Shown here piece after piece: positions 46,399 to 55,988 of a stretch of 56,332 nucleotides of DNA. The position numbers and the translations under genes were made by a program. The stretch's first letter is position 1; the number at the start of each line of letters is the position of its first letter. Source of the DNA: an uncultured Candidatus Saccharibacteria bacterium. GTDB lineage: Bacteria; Patescibacteriota; Minisyncoccia; Phycocordibacterales; WO2-35-19. The stretch lies in NCBI GenBank assembly GCA_964440955.1, contig CAYTTP010000003.1:1-56332 (forward strand), written 5' to 3'. Under the pieces are notes generated by a model. It worked only from the letters and a program-made list of their open reading frames with translations, ran no database searches and was not told the DNA's origin.

Positions 46399-47286
46399 CT
46401 ACACTTTCCGCACTTCTCCAAGGGATTCCTTAATGAGGCTTTTGAGCTCGAGGAGGGAGAGCAGGGTTTGAGCTTCGCCGACGTGGATTGAGTGGTCGGT
46501 CGAGAGCTTTCGGATGATTTCGTCTCGCGGGAGTGGTTCGTTGAGAAGTCGAAGTATTAATATTTCTTTTTCACTGCAATCAAAATATTTATCCTCGTCA
46601 CGCCGTAGCGGGGCGGAGGCGGATTCATCGAGTATACCAAGCGCCTCCAAAATGTCGTCACTGTTTCGAATCGGGGTCGCTCCGAGGCGGATGAGCATCA
46701 AAGGTCCTTCACTGGTTGAATTCCAAACGCTCCCCGGTACAGCAAGTACCTCTCTGTTGTATTCGGTCGCAAACTTGGAAGTGATGAGGGTGCCCGACTT
46801 TTTTTCTGCTTCGATAACAAGGGTTGCGTGTGACATGCCGGCCATGATGCGATTGCGTTGAGGGAAGCTGTATTGGGTCGCTTTGAAGTCTGGTTCAAAT
46901 TCGGAAAGCAGAGTACCACCTTCTTTTACTATTTTTTCAGCAAGCAGTATGTGTGATTGGGGGTGAAGTACTTCTGGTGAAAGCCCGGAGCCGGGGACGG
47001 AAATGGTCGGTAATTTGTTTTTGAGGGCAGAGTTATGAGCAATTGAGTCGATACCAAGTGCCAAACCGGAGACTATTGTCACAGGATTTCCTTTCAAACC
47101 CTCGATCAAACTTTCAGTCACCTCCTTGCCATATTGGGTGTATTTGCGCGCACCGACCACACAAAGAAGTTTGCGACTCCAGTCAGGCACTTGGCCTGCA
47201 AAGTTTAGTTTTAGAGGAGGCTTTGGAATTTCGGAGAGCAGGGGAGGCCAATTGGTGGTGTCGAGATTTTTTATTTCGTAGGCCAT
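46399..47286 (-). CDS. dprA: DNA processing protein DprA (Smf)
   Basis: Rossmann-like core VVGARKYTQYGKEVTESLIEGL...IVSGLALGIDSIAH; classic dprA-topA synteny. Confidence 0.8.
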   Translation of the reverse strand: MAYEIKNLDTTNWPPLLSEIPKPPLKLNFAGQVPDWSRKLLCVVGARKYTQYGKEVTESLIEGLKGNPVTIVSGLALGIDSIAHNSALKNKLPTISVPGSGLSPEVLHPQSHILLAEKIVKEGGTLLSEFEPDFKATQYSFPQRNRIMAGMSHATLVIEAEKKSGTLITSKFATEYNREVLAVPGSVWNSTSEGPLMLIRLGATPIRNSDDILEALGILDESASAPLRRDEDKYFDCSEKEILILRLLNEPLPRDEIIRKLSTDHSIHVGEAQTLLSLLELKSLIKESLGEVRKV

Positions 47287-47404
47287 ATGGGTTTAGGTTT
47301 CCAAATATTATAACATCTGTTAATATTTGAATCATGAAGTACGAATCATGAATTATGCAAATTGTGCCCATAATTTATGACTCATAATTCAATATTCATC
47401 CACC

Positions 47405-48676
47405 ATGCTTGATATCAAATTTATCCGTGAAAATGCAGATCTTATAAATGAAGGTGCTAAAAAGAAACACATCGATTTTGATGTGAAGGCTCTTATTGAA
47501 GTTGATGATGCTCGTCGGGAACTCTCTAAATCAATAGAAGAAAAAAGAGCTCTTCAAAATATTGTTAGCACTCAAATACCAAATGCTTCAGAAGAAGAAA
47601 AGAAGGCTCTCATCGAAGATATGCAACCAATAAAGGAGTCTCTCCAAAAATTGGAAGAAGAATATAAAAACGTGATGACTGCTTGGCAGAAGCTTATGGT
47701 CTCGGTGCCAAATATCCCCGATGTCTCGGTGCCAGATGGTGAGGACGATAGTGGTAATGTAGAAATAAAAAAGTGGGGAGAGATAAAACAATTTAATTTT
47801 AAACCCAAAGACCATATTGAGTTGATGGAAAGTTTGGATTTGGCTGATTTTGAAATGGGTGCCAAAGTCTCTGGTTTTAGAGGGTATTTTTTGAAAAATA
47901 CTGGTGCGGAACTTGCTTTTGCTGTTTGGAGCCTTACTCTCGATTTGTTTAGAAAAAACCACCCAGAATACGGTTTGATGTTTGTACCATCGCTCGTGCG
48001 TCGCGAGACTCTTATGGGTACAGGTTATTTGCCACAAGGGGAGGACGACATGTATAAAACCCAAGACGATGACTACCTTGCTGGGACGGCTGAAGTGGCG
48101 ACTATGAGCTACTTTGCCGATACTGTATTGGAAAAGAACTCTTTGCCGATGAAGAAACTTGCTTTTTCACCGGCTTTTCGTAGAGAAGCGGGGAGTCACA
48201 ATAAAGATGTAAAAGGACTTTATAGAGTCCATGAGTTTATGAAGCTTGAGCAGGTGATCTTGTGCGAAGCTTCTCATGAAGAATCAGTAAAATATCATGA
48301 GGAACTTCTTTTAAATGCAGAAGAAATATTACAAGCCTTAAAATTGCCATATCATGTGGTGGTGAATTGTGGTGGCGACTTGGGGCTTGGCCAAGTCAAA
48401 AAATATGATGTTGAAACTTGGATGCCTTCAAAAGAAAAATATGGTGAGACCCACTCATGCTCTTACTTTCATGATTTTCAAACACGTCGACTCAATATTC
48501 GCTATCGTGACACCGATGGCAAGTTGAAATATGCTCACTCTTTAAACAATACAGCTGCAGCTACTCCCCGCCTCCTTATTCAAATAGTTGAAAACTATCA
48601 AAACGAAGACGGTTCGATAACTATTCCAGAAGTTTTGCGACAGTACATGGGAGGAAAAGAAAAAATCACGCTATAA
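47405..48676 (+). CDS. serS: seryl-tRNA synthetase
   Basis: N-terminal coiled coil plus class II aaRS motifs (FRRE..GSHNKDVKGLYRVHEF, ...GGDLGLGQ). Confidence 0.9.
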   Translation: MLDIKFIRENADLINEGAKKKHIDFDVKALIEVDDARRELSKSIEEKRALQNIVSTQIPNASEEEKKALIEDMQPIKESLQKLEEEYKNVMTAWQKLMVSVPNIPDVSVPDGEDDSGNVEIKKWGEIKQFNFKPKDHIELMESLDLADFEMGAKVSGFRGYFLKNTGAELAFAVWSLTLDLFRKNHPEYGLMFVPSLVRRETLMGTGYLPQGEDDMYKTQDDDYLAGTAEVATMSYFADTVLEKNSLPMKKLAFSPAFRREAGSHNKDVKGLYRVHEFMKLEQVILCEASHEESVKYHEELLLNAEEILQALKLPYHVVVNCGGDLGLGQVKKYDVETWMPSKEKYGETHSCSYFHDFQTRRLNIRYRDTDGKLKYAHSLNNTAAATPRLLIQIVENYQNEDGSITIPEVLRQYMGGKEKITL

Positions 48677-48684
48677 TAGTTTGC

Positions 48685-49476
48685 ATGCAGGAAAAGCGCT
48701 TTCAAGAAAGGGCGTCAAGCCGGATAGCTTCGCGCAATAAATTTCGCCACCAGATGCTTGTCGGCTTCAGGATTTTTTTGTTGCTCTGTTTTATTTCGTT
48801 TTTGATATTTTTTTTGAGAACTGAAAAACTGCAAATCCAAAATGTTGAGGTTTTTGGAGTAGTGGAAAGCGAAGCTCGGGAGGTGCGTTTGGCGGCGCTC
48901 GCGTTTTTGGCCAAACCAAAACTAGCCATTGTGCCGGGTACTCATACTCTTTTTATAAATGAAGACGCACTTGCAAAATATCTCAAGCAAAAATCCCAAT
49001 CGATCGAGCAACTAGAAGTCAGTACCGAAATTTGGAATCGAAAAGTTCAAATTTCTTTACTTGAATACTCGGCTGATTTTTTGTGGTGCCGAGGTGAAGC
49101 CGAGTGTTTCAATATGACAAAAGATGGTTTGGTTTTTGAGAGGTCGTCTGAAAGTGGGGGCAAGCTGATTTTTAAAGGTTTGTTGGAAGGAGAACCTGTT
49201 TCCCAAAAATTTGCTACTCCGGAGCGTATGCGAGAGTTTGCTGAAATAGCTACGCTTCTTGCTTCGAAAAATATGAGCGTTTCCTTAATTGAAATTGTTT
49301 CTTTACATAAGGGAGTCATGAAAACTTTAGGGTGTGACATTGTCTTTGATCCAGAAGGAAAGATCGTTGAACAAGTCAAAAATGCTATTACTGTGATTGA
49401 AGACCTTGCCTTGCACGGCGAGGCAGATGTGGAGTATGTGGATGCAAGATTTGGTAACAAAGTTTTTTACAAGTGA
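48685..49476 (+). CDS. cell division protein FtsQ/DivIB-like (POTRA domain)
   Basis: Single transmembrane helix, POTRA-like IQNVEVFGVVE..., C-terminal VDARFGNKVFYK; downstream of the mur cluster. Confidence 0.5.
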   Translation: MQEKRFQERASSRIASRNKFRHQMLVGFRIFLLLCFISFLIFFLRTEKLQIQNVEVFGVVESEAREVRLAALAFLAKPKLAIVPGTHTLFINEDALAKYLKQKSQSIEQLEVSTEIWNRKVQISLLEYSADFLWCRGEAECFNMTKDGLVFERSSESGGKLIFKGLLEGEPVSQKFATPERMREFAEIATLLASKNMSVSLIEIVSLHKGVMKTLGCDIVFDPEGKIVEQVKNAITVIEDLALHGEADVEYVDARFGNKVFYK

Positions 49477-49488
49477 TATAATTTTTAA

Positions 49489-49890
49489 ATGAGCTCAACT
49501 TATCATACCGAGTCTTATTTGGTTGCTTATCTGCACTTTCATTATGGTCGAGGTCTACGTGAACTTTTGGGAGTGGCTCAAAATTTACTCTGGTTCATTC
49601 TTCACTTCTTTTCGATAAAACTTTTGTTCCGGACACTTTTTGCGCCGTGGCATCGTTTGGGTGAAGCTTATGGCTCCATTATCAACTTTGAAGCTTTCTT
49701 TTCTGTTTTTATTGTGAATATATTGATGAGGTTGGTTGGTTTTGTGACTAGAAGTGTGGTTATTGTGATGGGCTTGATCGCTTATGTTGTCACCTTTGTT
49801 GGTTCGGTAGCGATGTTTTTGGTTTGGGTTTTTGCTCCGATTTTGTTTGTTGGGATGCTTGTTTTGTCGATAACTTTTTTTGCCATATAA
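49489..49890 (+). CDS. hypothetical membrane protein
   Basis: 133-aa ORF with 3 transmembrane helices. Confidence 0.35.
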   Translation: MSSTYHTESYLVAYLHFHYGRGLRELLGVAQNLLWFILHFFSIKLLFRTLFAPWHRLGEAYGSIINFEAFFSVFIVNILMRLVGFVTRSVVIVMGLIAYVVTFVGSVAMFLVWVFAPILFVGMLVLSITFFAI

Positions 49891-49893
49891 AAC

Positions 49894-52311
49894 ATGACTT
49901 TCAAACACTTGCAGGAAATTTCGGTCCCTCATTTCTACGCTCTTGCGATTGATCGTTTTTTGCCAGAGAGGGTGAGGTTATTTTTGCGATATCTAGCTCT
50001 TGTGACCGCAGCTGTTTCTTTTGCTTCTTCGTTTGGCTCTCTCCCTCTATATTTTGGTTATGGTGATGCGATTTTCTTTTTGAGTATTTCTATTTATCTT
50101 TTGCTTTCCTGTCTTGAGTTTTTTTATCGTTCCAGCAAAAACGAAGGTATAGGTCGGATGCGGATAATAGAAAATATCGCGGGCGGCCCAGAGATAGATT
50201 ATAGTCTTTCTTCTATTATTTTTGCCACTGACGAGATAGATGCGACTCGCGCTATTTTTGAAACAAAAGTTGGCAAGGAGGTGCTTTTGCGAAGCGGACT
50301 CTCTCTTGAAATGATCCAAAAATTTATCCATTCGGATCGACATCCCATCATTTCCTCTTCACTTTCGTATGGTGATGGTGAAGTAGTTGGTTTTGTATCG
50401 TATCTTGAAACTATCTACGAAGCCGACGAAAGCTTCCGTTCTTTTTTGTCGAGGTATGCAGTCACTCGAGAAGATTTTTTGGGAGCGGCCGCTTGGGTTG
50501 GTCATAAAGAAGCCAAAAAGAGAAGGGAAAATCGTTTTTGGAGCAGGGAAAATTTGGGAGCTATCCCCTCGATTGGTACGAGTTGGGCTTATGGTATGCC
50601 CTATGATTTAAACGAATATGGCCGACCTTTCAATGACGCCCTGCTTGTGCCGATAGATCTTGAAAATGGTTATCGTCAAAAAGAAGTAGAAACTTTGGAA
50701 GGTGTGCTGACGCGAGTGAGCGAAGCAAATGCGATAATAATAGATGACGACGAGAGTGTGGTTCGGGATATTTTGGCGCGCTTTGTCAAAAACATAAAGC
50801 TCGGCACCATCATGCCAGCTCTCGAACACAAACAACTTATTGAGCTTGATTGGCAGTCGCTTGTTTCTAATTTTAAAGACAAATCAGCTTTCGAAAACCA
50901 ATTTATGAAAATAATGCAGGAGTCGGCTCTTGCTGGCAATGTTTTGCTTTATATTCCCGACTTGTCTGGATTTATTTCTAGATTAAAAAATGCGGGCATC
51001 AATCTGTCTTCACTTATTTCGCCATACCTTGCTTCTTCAAGACTTCATATTATCACTCACGCAACGACAGCCGACTTTCATTTTTTTATTGAAACGAGTA
51101 GCGCTTTGCTTGGCAGGTTTGAGCGTATCATTCCTGAGCCGGCAGGCGCTCCGGCTACTACTTCTGTTTTGCTTGAGCAATCAACTATTTTGGAAGAGAG
51201 ATACCAGATTATTTTTTCGTATCCTTCACTTGTTTCGCTTGTTGAAGCGGCGGAGCGGTTTGTTACCTATGGAGAGATGCCGGGCAAGGCTTTGGATTTG
51301 ATTTATGAGATTGCGCCTTGGGCAGCTGAAAAAGGAGACGATATAGTTTCTAAACAAGATGTTGCTGTTTTTGTTTCAGGCAAGACAGGTATCAAAACAG
51401 GCGAAATACAAGCTGATGAGATGGAGCGGATCGAGCATCTCTCGGAGGCTTTGCACAAGCGAGTAGTCGGTCAAAACGAAGCGGTAGAGGCGGTGGTTGG
51501 TGCTATTCGTCGTTCGCGTTCGGGGATAGGCAATCCAAAGCGTCCAATTGCCTCCTTTTTGTTTTTGGGTCCGACCGGAGTGGGCAAAACCGAAGTATCA
51601 AAGGCGCTTGCTGAGAGTTTTTTTGGTGATGAACATAAGATGATTCGTTTTGATATGTCAGAGTACGATGCACCCGACGCTCTACCTCGCCTTATTGGCA
51701 ATTTTGCGGAAAACAAAAAAGGCATACTCGCGAGCAAGGTTCGCGACAATCCATACAGTGTTCTCTTGCTCGATGAGTTTGAAAAAGCTTCGCCAGATGT
51801 ACTCGATTTGTTTTTGCAGGTACTCGACGAGGGAGTTTTTAGTGATGCGGAAGGTAAACCGGTTGGTTGTCGAAACTTGATTATTATTGCAACCTCAAAT
51901 GCTGGAGCGGAATATATTTGGGAAAAAGCAAAAACTGGAAGTTTGGTAGCAGCGAAGGACGAGATTGTGGACAATATAGTTAAAGACCATGTGTTTAAAC
52001 CAGAACTTCTAAACCGTTTTGATGGTGTTATTTTATTTCATCCGCTTGAAAAGACTGATCTCGAACATGTGACTCGTATTGGCTTGGAAAAATTGGTCTC
52101 TCGTCTCAAAGAAAAAAATATTGAATTTGTCGTTTCTGATTTTTTGGTTAAACATGTAGCGGCAAAAGGTGAGGATCCAAAGTTTGGTGGGCGGGCGATC
52201 AATCGCGCTATTCAAAGCGAGGTGGAGGATGTGGTTGCGCGAAAAATAGTGAGTGGGGAGGTGAAGCCGGGTTCTAAATTGGAGCTTACTCAAGCTGATT
52301 TCAATAGTTGA
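49894..52311 (+). CDS. Clp/Hsp100-family AAA+ ATPase with N-terminal transmembrane anchor, degenerate first ATPase domain (D1) and intact second domain (D2)
   Basis: Two N-terminal transmembrane helices. No Walker A in the D1-equivalent region. C-terminal half matches ClpA/ClpB D2 ([75 protein letters not shown]). Confidence 0.65.
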   Translation: MTFKHLQEISVPHFYALAIDRFLPERVRLFLRYLALVTAAVSFASSFGSLPLYFGYGDAIFFLSISIYLLLSCLEFFYRSSKNEGIGRMRIIENIAGGPEIDYSLSSIIFATDEIDATRAIFETKVGKEVLLRSGLSLEMIQKFIHSDRHPIISSSLSYGDGEVVGFVSYLETIYEADESFRSFLSRYAVTREDFLGAAAWVGHKEAKKRRENRFWSRENLGAIPSIGTSWAYGMPYDLNEYGRPFNDALLVPIDLENGYRQKEVETLEGVLTRVSEANAIIIDDDESVVRDILARFVKNIKLGTIMPALEHKQLIELDWQSLVSNFKDKSAFENQFMKIMQESALAGNVLLYIPDLSGFISRLKNAGINLSSLISPYLASSRLHIITHATTADFHFFIETSSALLGRFERIIPEPAGAPATTSVLLEQSTILEERYQIIFSYPSLVSLVEAAERFVTYGEMPGKALDLIYEIAPWAAEKGDDIVSKQDVAVFVSGKTGIKTGEIQADEMERIEHLSEALHKRVVGQNEAVEAVVGAIRRSRSGIGNPKRPIASFLFLGPTGVGKTEVSKALAESFFGDEHKMIRFDMSEYDAPDALPRLIGNFAENKKGILASKVRDNPYSVLLLDEFEKASPDVLDLFLQVLDEGVFSDAEGKPVGCRNLIIIATSNAGAEYIWEKAKTGSLVAAKDEIVDNIVKDHVFKPELLNRFDGVILFHPLEKTDLEHVTRIGLEKLVSRLKEKNIEFVVSDFLVKHVAAKGEDPKFGGRAINRAIQSEVEDVVARKIVSGEVKPGSKLELTQADFNS

Positions 52312-52331
52312 TTTTGTGTTAGGATGGAGGC

Positions 52332-53357
52332 ATGAATTTTTGGAATAAAATGGAAAAGCCGATCCTATGCCTTGCACCAATGGCCGATGTTACCGATGCT
52401 AGTTTTCGTCGTGTTATTTCCAAATGTTCAAAGATTGAAGGCAGTGTGCCTTTTGTCACCTGGACAGAGTTTGTCTCAGCGGATGGTTTGGTGCTTGCAC
52501 CCGAAAAAGGCAAGCAAAAGCTTTTAAAAGATTTGGAGTATGATGAAAGCGAGCGCCCAATAGTTGCCCAACTTTTTTCGGGTCGTCCAGAGATGATGGA
52601 AAAGGCTGCCTACTTGGTCGCCTCTTTGGGTTTCGATGGACTTGATATCAATATGGGCTGTCCGGACAAAAGTGTTGAAAAGCAAGGTGCTGGTGCTGCT
52701 CTTATCAAAAATCCCAATTTGGCTCGCGAAATTATTAAAGCAGCGAAGCGTGGAGTGGAAAGGTTTGCTGAAGAAAAAGGTCTTGAGGAGGCAATACCAG
52801 TATCGGTCAAAACTCGCCTCGGCTACAATCAAGACGAGCTAGAGACTTGGTTGCCGGAACTTTTGGCAGAGCAACCAGCGGCTATCACCATTCATGCGCG
52901 AACTAGAAAAGAAATGTCAAAGGTGCCTGCGCGATGGGAGAGGGTGAAGAGGGCGGTCGAGATAAGAGGAGGAGCCGAAAAGACACTTATCTTTGGCAAT
53001 GGTGATGTTGAAAATATCGATGAGGCGCTAAAGTTAGCAAAAGAAACAGGTTGTGATGGTGTGATGTTGGGGAGAGCAATCTTTGGCAATCCTTATATTT
53101 TTTCGAAGCACGAACCAACTTTTGAAGAGCAGCTTGTAGCACTTCTTGAACACACCAAGACTTTTGATACAGTATTGGGTGGGATAAAAAATTTTGCACT
53201 AATGAAAAAACATTTCAAATCATACCTTTCTTTGGGTACGAGACCTCATACACCAGAAATAGACAAAAGAGTCATAGCTTTAAAAGACGCTCTTCTTGAG
53301 GCTAAGGATGCCGGGGGAGTTATCACCATCATTTCAAATTTTTTGTCGTATAATTAG
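52332..53357 (+). CDS. tRNA-dihydrouridine synthase
   Basis: Dus family TIM barrel (LAPMADVTDASFRRV, ...DINMGCP..., catalytic Cys region). Confidence 0.75.
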   Translation: MNFWNKMEKPILCLAPMADVTDASFRRVISKCSKIEGSVPFVTWTEFVSADGLVLAPEKGKQKLLKDLEYDESERPIVAQLFSGRPEMMEKAAYLVASLGFDGLDINMGCPDKSVEKQGAGAALIKNPNLAREIIKAAKRGVERFAEEKGLEEAIPVSVKTRLGYNQDELETWLPELLAEQPAAITIHARTRKEMSKVPARWERVKRAVEIRGGAEKTLIFGNGDVENIDEALKLAKETGCDGVMLGRAIFGNPYIFSKHEPTFEEQLVALLEHTKTFDTVLGGIKNFALMKKHFKSYLSLGTRPHTPEIDKRVIALKDALLEAKDAGGVITIISNFLSYN

Positions 53358-53360
53358 TAA

Positions 53361-53582
53361 ATGGAATTCTTAAACAAATTATTCAATATTTCGATAACTG
53401 GCGAATCAGTCGCTGACCTTATCTTTTTCTTTGTTTCTGCTTTTTCTCTGATCCTTACATTCATTTTGTTTTTTCATTGGCGGCGCTACGGTATTGGGAG
53501 GATCGGTATTTCGATCGCAGAAATAATTTATTTGGTCGGTTCGGCTGGTTTGATTATGTTTGTCTTTTTACAATTACCTTAA
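53361..53582 (+). CDS. small hypothetical membrane protein
   Basis: 73-aa ORF with 2 transmembrane helices. Confidence 0.3.
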   Translation: MEFLNKLFNISITGESVADLIFFFVSAFSLILTFILFFHWRRYGIGRIGISIAEIIYLVGSAGLIMFVFLQLP

Positions 53583-53586
53583 ATAA

Positions 53587-54118
53587 ATGGTCAACTTTGA
53601 ACCTGGAGAGGAAGTGATGCTTGTCGTACGTAGGCACTATTTTGTTCTTCTGCCTTTTGTCTTGGCGCTTATCTTGCTTGCAGTATTACCGCTTTTTTTT
53701 GAAAACTTTTTTCACTAGCCAATTTTTGGCACTTGATCCAAGTTTGATCGGAGGCTTTTTGAGTTTTATTGATGAATGGGGAGGGTTTGCTTACTCCGTT
53801 TGGTTTTTTATTTTATGGATGATTTTTTTCATTGAGTGGACCGACTACTATTTGGATTTTTGGGTTATCACAAATCGGCGCATTGTTGATGCCGAACAGA
53901 TAGGGTTTTTCAGGAGGCAGGTGGTGAGTTTGGGTTACGAACAAATTCAAGACATCACAGTCGAGACTAAAGGCTTCATTCGCACTATCTTCAATTTTGG
54001 GACGCTTCATATTCAAACTGCCGGTGAACGTAATGATATAGTGATCAGTGACGCTCATTTTCCCGAGGATGCTAGATCTTTGATTTTGAAACTCCAAGAG
54101 CAATCCAAAGCCAGATAG
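53587..54118 (+). pseudogene. bacterial PH-domain (bPH_2/YdbT-like) membrane protein, frameshifted at a T8 homopolymer
   Basis: ATG 53587 frame gives MVNFEPGEEVMLVVRRHYFVLLPFVLALILLAVLPLFF then a stop at about 53722. The +1 frame (ORF track 53621..54118) continues with YYLDFWVITNRRIVDAEQIGFFRRQVVSLGYEQIQDITVE (bPH_2 core). Removing one T from the T8 run at 53689-53696 fuses them. Confidence 0.55.
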
Positions 54119-54656
54119 CTCCGACGAGATAGCCCGCTAATACATCGGAGAGATAATGGACTCCAAGGTAGAGCCTGCTTAGACCGATCAAAAATATCAA
54201 GGTAGTTAGAAAAATTATCATTTTGTTTTTGAGATGATGTTTTTCGTGCTTGCCTGTCGTAGCTTGAAGAGAGGGAGGAGCGAAGTCGGGTTTCCAAATA
54301 AGAGAAATCAAAAAGCCATAGAGGGCGATTGCGATCGCGCTATGCCAACTTGGAAAGGAATGTGTACTTTCAAAATAAAATGCTCCAAGTGGTCGAGTGC
54401 GCTCAAAAAATTCTTTTAAAAAATAAACTGAAAAAGAACTACCGACAATTGAAACAATCAATCCCCATATCTTGTAAGTGTGTTTGTGTATAAACAAGGA
54501 AAGGGAAGTGAGGATGGTCACGATCGCGACTACTGTGTACCCAGCCGAGTAAGTAACAATAAGCATGAGGGCAGAGAGCCATTCGCTTTGATGATTTATA
54601 AAAAAATGCAACACTACTTGGTCAATAAAATACATTACATTTATTATATACCACAA
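54072..54656 (-). CDS. PAP2-family phosphatase (undecaprenyl-diphosphatase-like)
   Basis: PAP2 motifs KEFFERTRP, SFPSWHSAIAIAL, SRLYLGVHYLSDVLAG. Confidence 0.7.
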   Translation of the reverse strand: MWYIINVMYFIDQVVLHFFINHQSEWLSALMLIVTYSAGYTVVAIVTILTSLSLFIHKHTYKIWGLIVSIVGSSFSVYFLKEFFERTRPLGAFYFESTHSFPSWHSAIAIALYGFLISLIWKPDFAPPSLQATTGKHEKHHLKNKMIIFLTTLIFLIGLSRLYLGVHYLSDVLAGYLVGAIWLWIALGVSKSKI

Positions 54657-54729
54657 TGGTTGCCTAAGGGGTGATGTTTCTGGTACAATGCTCTCGTTCT
54701 TTGAAATTCCAAAAATTAGATTTTTTTGC

Positions 54730-55061
54730 TCCGGGATAGCTCAGCGGTAGAGCGAGCGACTGTGTCGTGACGCAGCTTCCAAAAGAAATTTTGGTTGAAA
54801 AACGAGGTGAATTCGGGGGAACCCCAAGTGGGCAATCCCGAGCCAATCCTAAATTAAAGAAAGATATTGTTGTGTAAAAACTTTAATTAAGGCAGGTGTA
54901 GAGACTATTCCGAAAGGAAGTACTTACTCCGTATTTCGGAGTCGGGAAGCGCCTCGCTCCTAATAGCCAATTTGGTTAAAGGAGATGATATAGTCCATAC
55001 TTCTAGTAATAGAAGAGAATATGTAATCGCTTGGTCGTAGGTTCGATCCCTACTCCCGGAG
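54730..55061 (+). tRNA. tRNA-Asn (anticodon GTT) interrupted by a group I intron in the anticodon loop
   Basis: 5' exon 54730-54763: tccggga-ta-gctc-agcggta-gagc-g-agcga-ctgt. 3' exon 55024-55061: taa-tcgct-tggtc-gtagg-ttcgatc-cctac-tcccgga-g. U1:A72 and G73 fit Asn; the 5' splice site follows a U and the intron ends in G. Confidence 0.7.
54764..55023 (+). other. group I self-splicing intron (~260 nt) within tRNA-Asn
   Basis: Conserved core elements R-like GTAGAGACTA (about 54897), S-like GATATAGTCC (about 54988), P-like AATTCGGGGGAA; the internal guide GCAG can pair with the exon end CTGT (U-G at the splice site); no ORF inside. Confidence 0.6.
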
Positions 55062-55077
55062 CAAAGGAATTTAATAT

Positions 55078-55452
55078 ATGACCCTTGAGTATATAGATCA
55101 TATAGTTTTAATAGTTAAAAATATTGAAGAAACTGAGAAGTTTTATTCTTCTTTTCTTGGTAAACCCGAATATCAGGATGAAAACCAAGTTGCCTATAAA
55201 ATTGGAGAAACTAAAATTTTCTTCGGTTTACCTTATGGAGAATATGAGAAATCAGATAAGGATAAAACAAGTTTGAATCACTTAGCTTTCGGAGTAAAGA
55301 CAGGAGAAGAATTGAGAAATATTGAGAAAGTTCTAAATGACGCAGGTATACAAAATAGCGGAATAAAAATAGATAAGTATGGTAACAAAGAATTTATATG
55401 GTTTGATGATCCGAGCAGTATTCGTTTAGAGATTTATTGCAGGCCAGAATAA
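55078..55452 (+). CDS. VOC-family (glyoxalase/bleomycin-resistance/dioxygenase fold) protein
   Basis: IDHIVLIVKNIEETEKFYSSFLG ... LNHLAFGV... Confidence 0.55.
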   Translation: MTLEYIDHIVLIVKNIEETEKFYSSFLGKPEYQDENQVAYKIGETKIFFGLPYGEYEKSDKDKTSLNHLAFGVKTGEELRNIEKVLNDAGIQNSGIKIDKYGNKEFIWFDDPSSIRLEIYCRPE

Positions 55453-55454
55453 TT

Positions 55455-55988
55455 ATGAATAAAACTAACCTCGAACTAAAACATTACTGTAAGGACTTCA
55501 CTAAGATTAGAACTGTTTTGAAAGGAATAGGAGCTAAAAAGGTTATGGTCAAAAACCAAAAGGATTATTTCTTTAATTTGCCTGCTATAAATAAAGCTAA
55601 ATCTCCAAGGTTAAAATTGAGGATTGAAAATAAAAAACAATATCTTATTTATTATGAAAGACCAAAGTTTGTTAAGGGTAAAGATACAGCTTCTGATATT
55701 AAACTTTATGATGTAAAAGATAAGAAACTTTTACCATTCCTTATTAAATCCCTGGGAACCCAAGCAATCGTCGAAAAAAAGCGAGAAGTTTGGAGAAAGA
55801 CCAACACTGTATTTCATTTGGATACTGTGAAGAGTGTCGGTGGTGTATTTGAGGTAGAACTACAAAAGAAAGGCGGTCTAATTACTGAGGATGACAGAAA
55901 AATCTTCAAATCTTATCAGGATAAATTACTCCCTTTTCTGGGTTCGGTTATAAAAGGTTCTAACGTGGATTTAGTAAATAAGTTATAA
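55455..55988 (+). CDS. CYTH-domain protein (class IV adenylate cyclase / CyaB-like)
   Basis: ELKHYC.DF..IR..L..IGA, QKDYFF, LKLRIE, KKREVW, FHLDTVKSVGGVFEVE match the CYTH fold pattern; start taken at MNKTNLELK. Confidence 0.55.
   Translation: MNKTNLELKHYCKDFTKIRTVLKGIGAKKVMVKNQKDYFFNLPAINKAKSPRLKLRIENKKQYLIYYERPKFVKGKDTASDIKLYDVKDKKLLPFLIKSLGTQAIVEKKREVWRKTNTVFHLDTVKSVGGVFEVELQKKGGLITEDDRKIFKSYQDKLLPFLGSVIKGSNVDLVNKL

Noticed and set aside
54764-55023. Alternative anticodon assignments (Thr-TGT/GGT, His-GTG) for the intron-containing tRNA
   Set aside because: Only the GTT split places a U at the 5' splice site and G at the intron 3' end. U1:A72 plus G73 match Asn identity; His would require G-1 and Thr usually has G1:C72.
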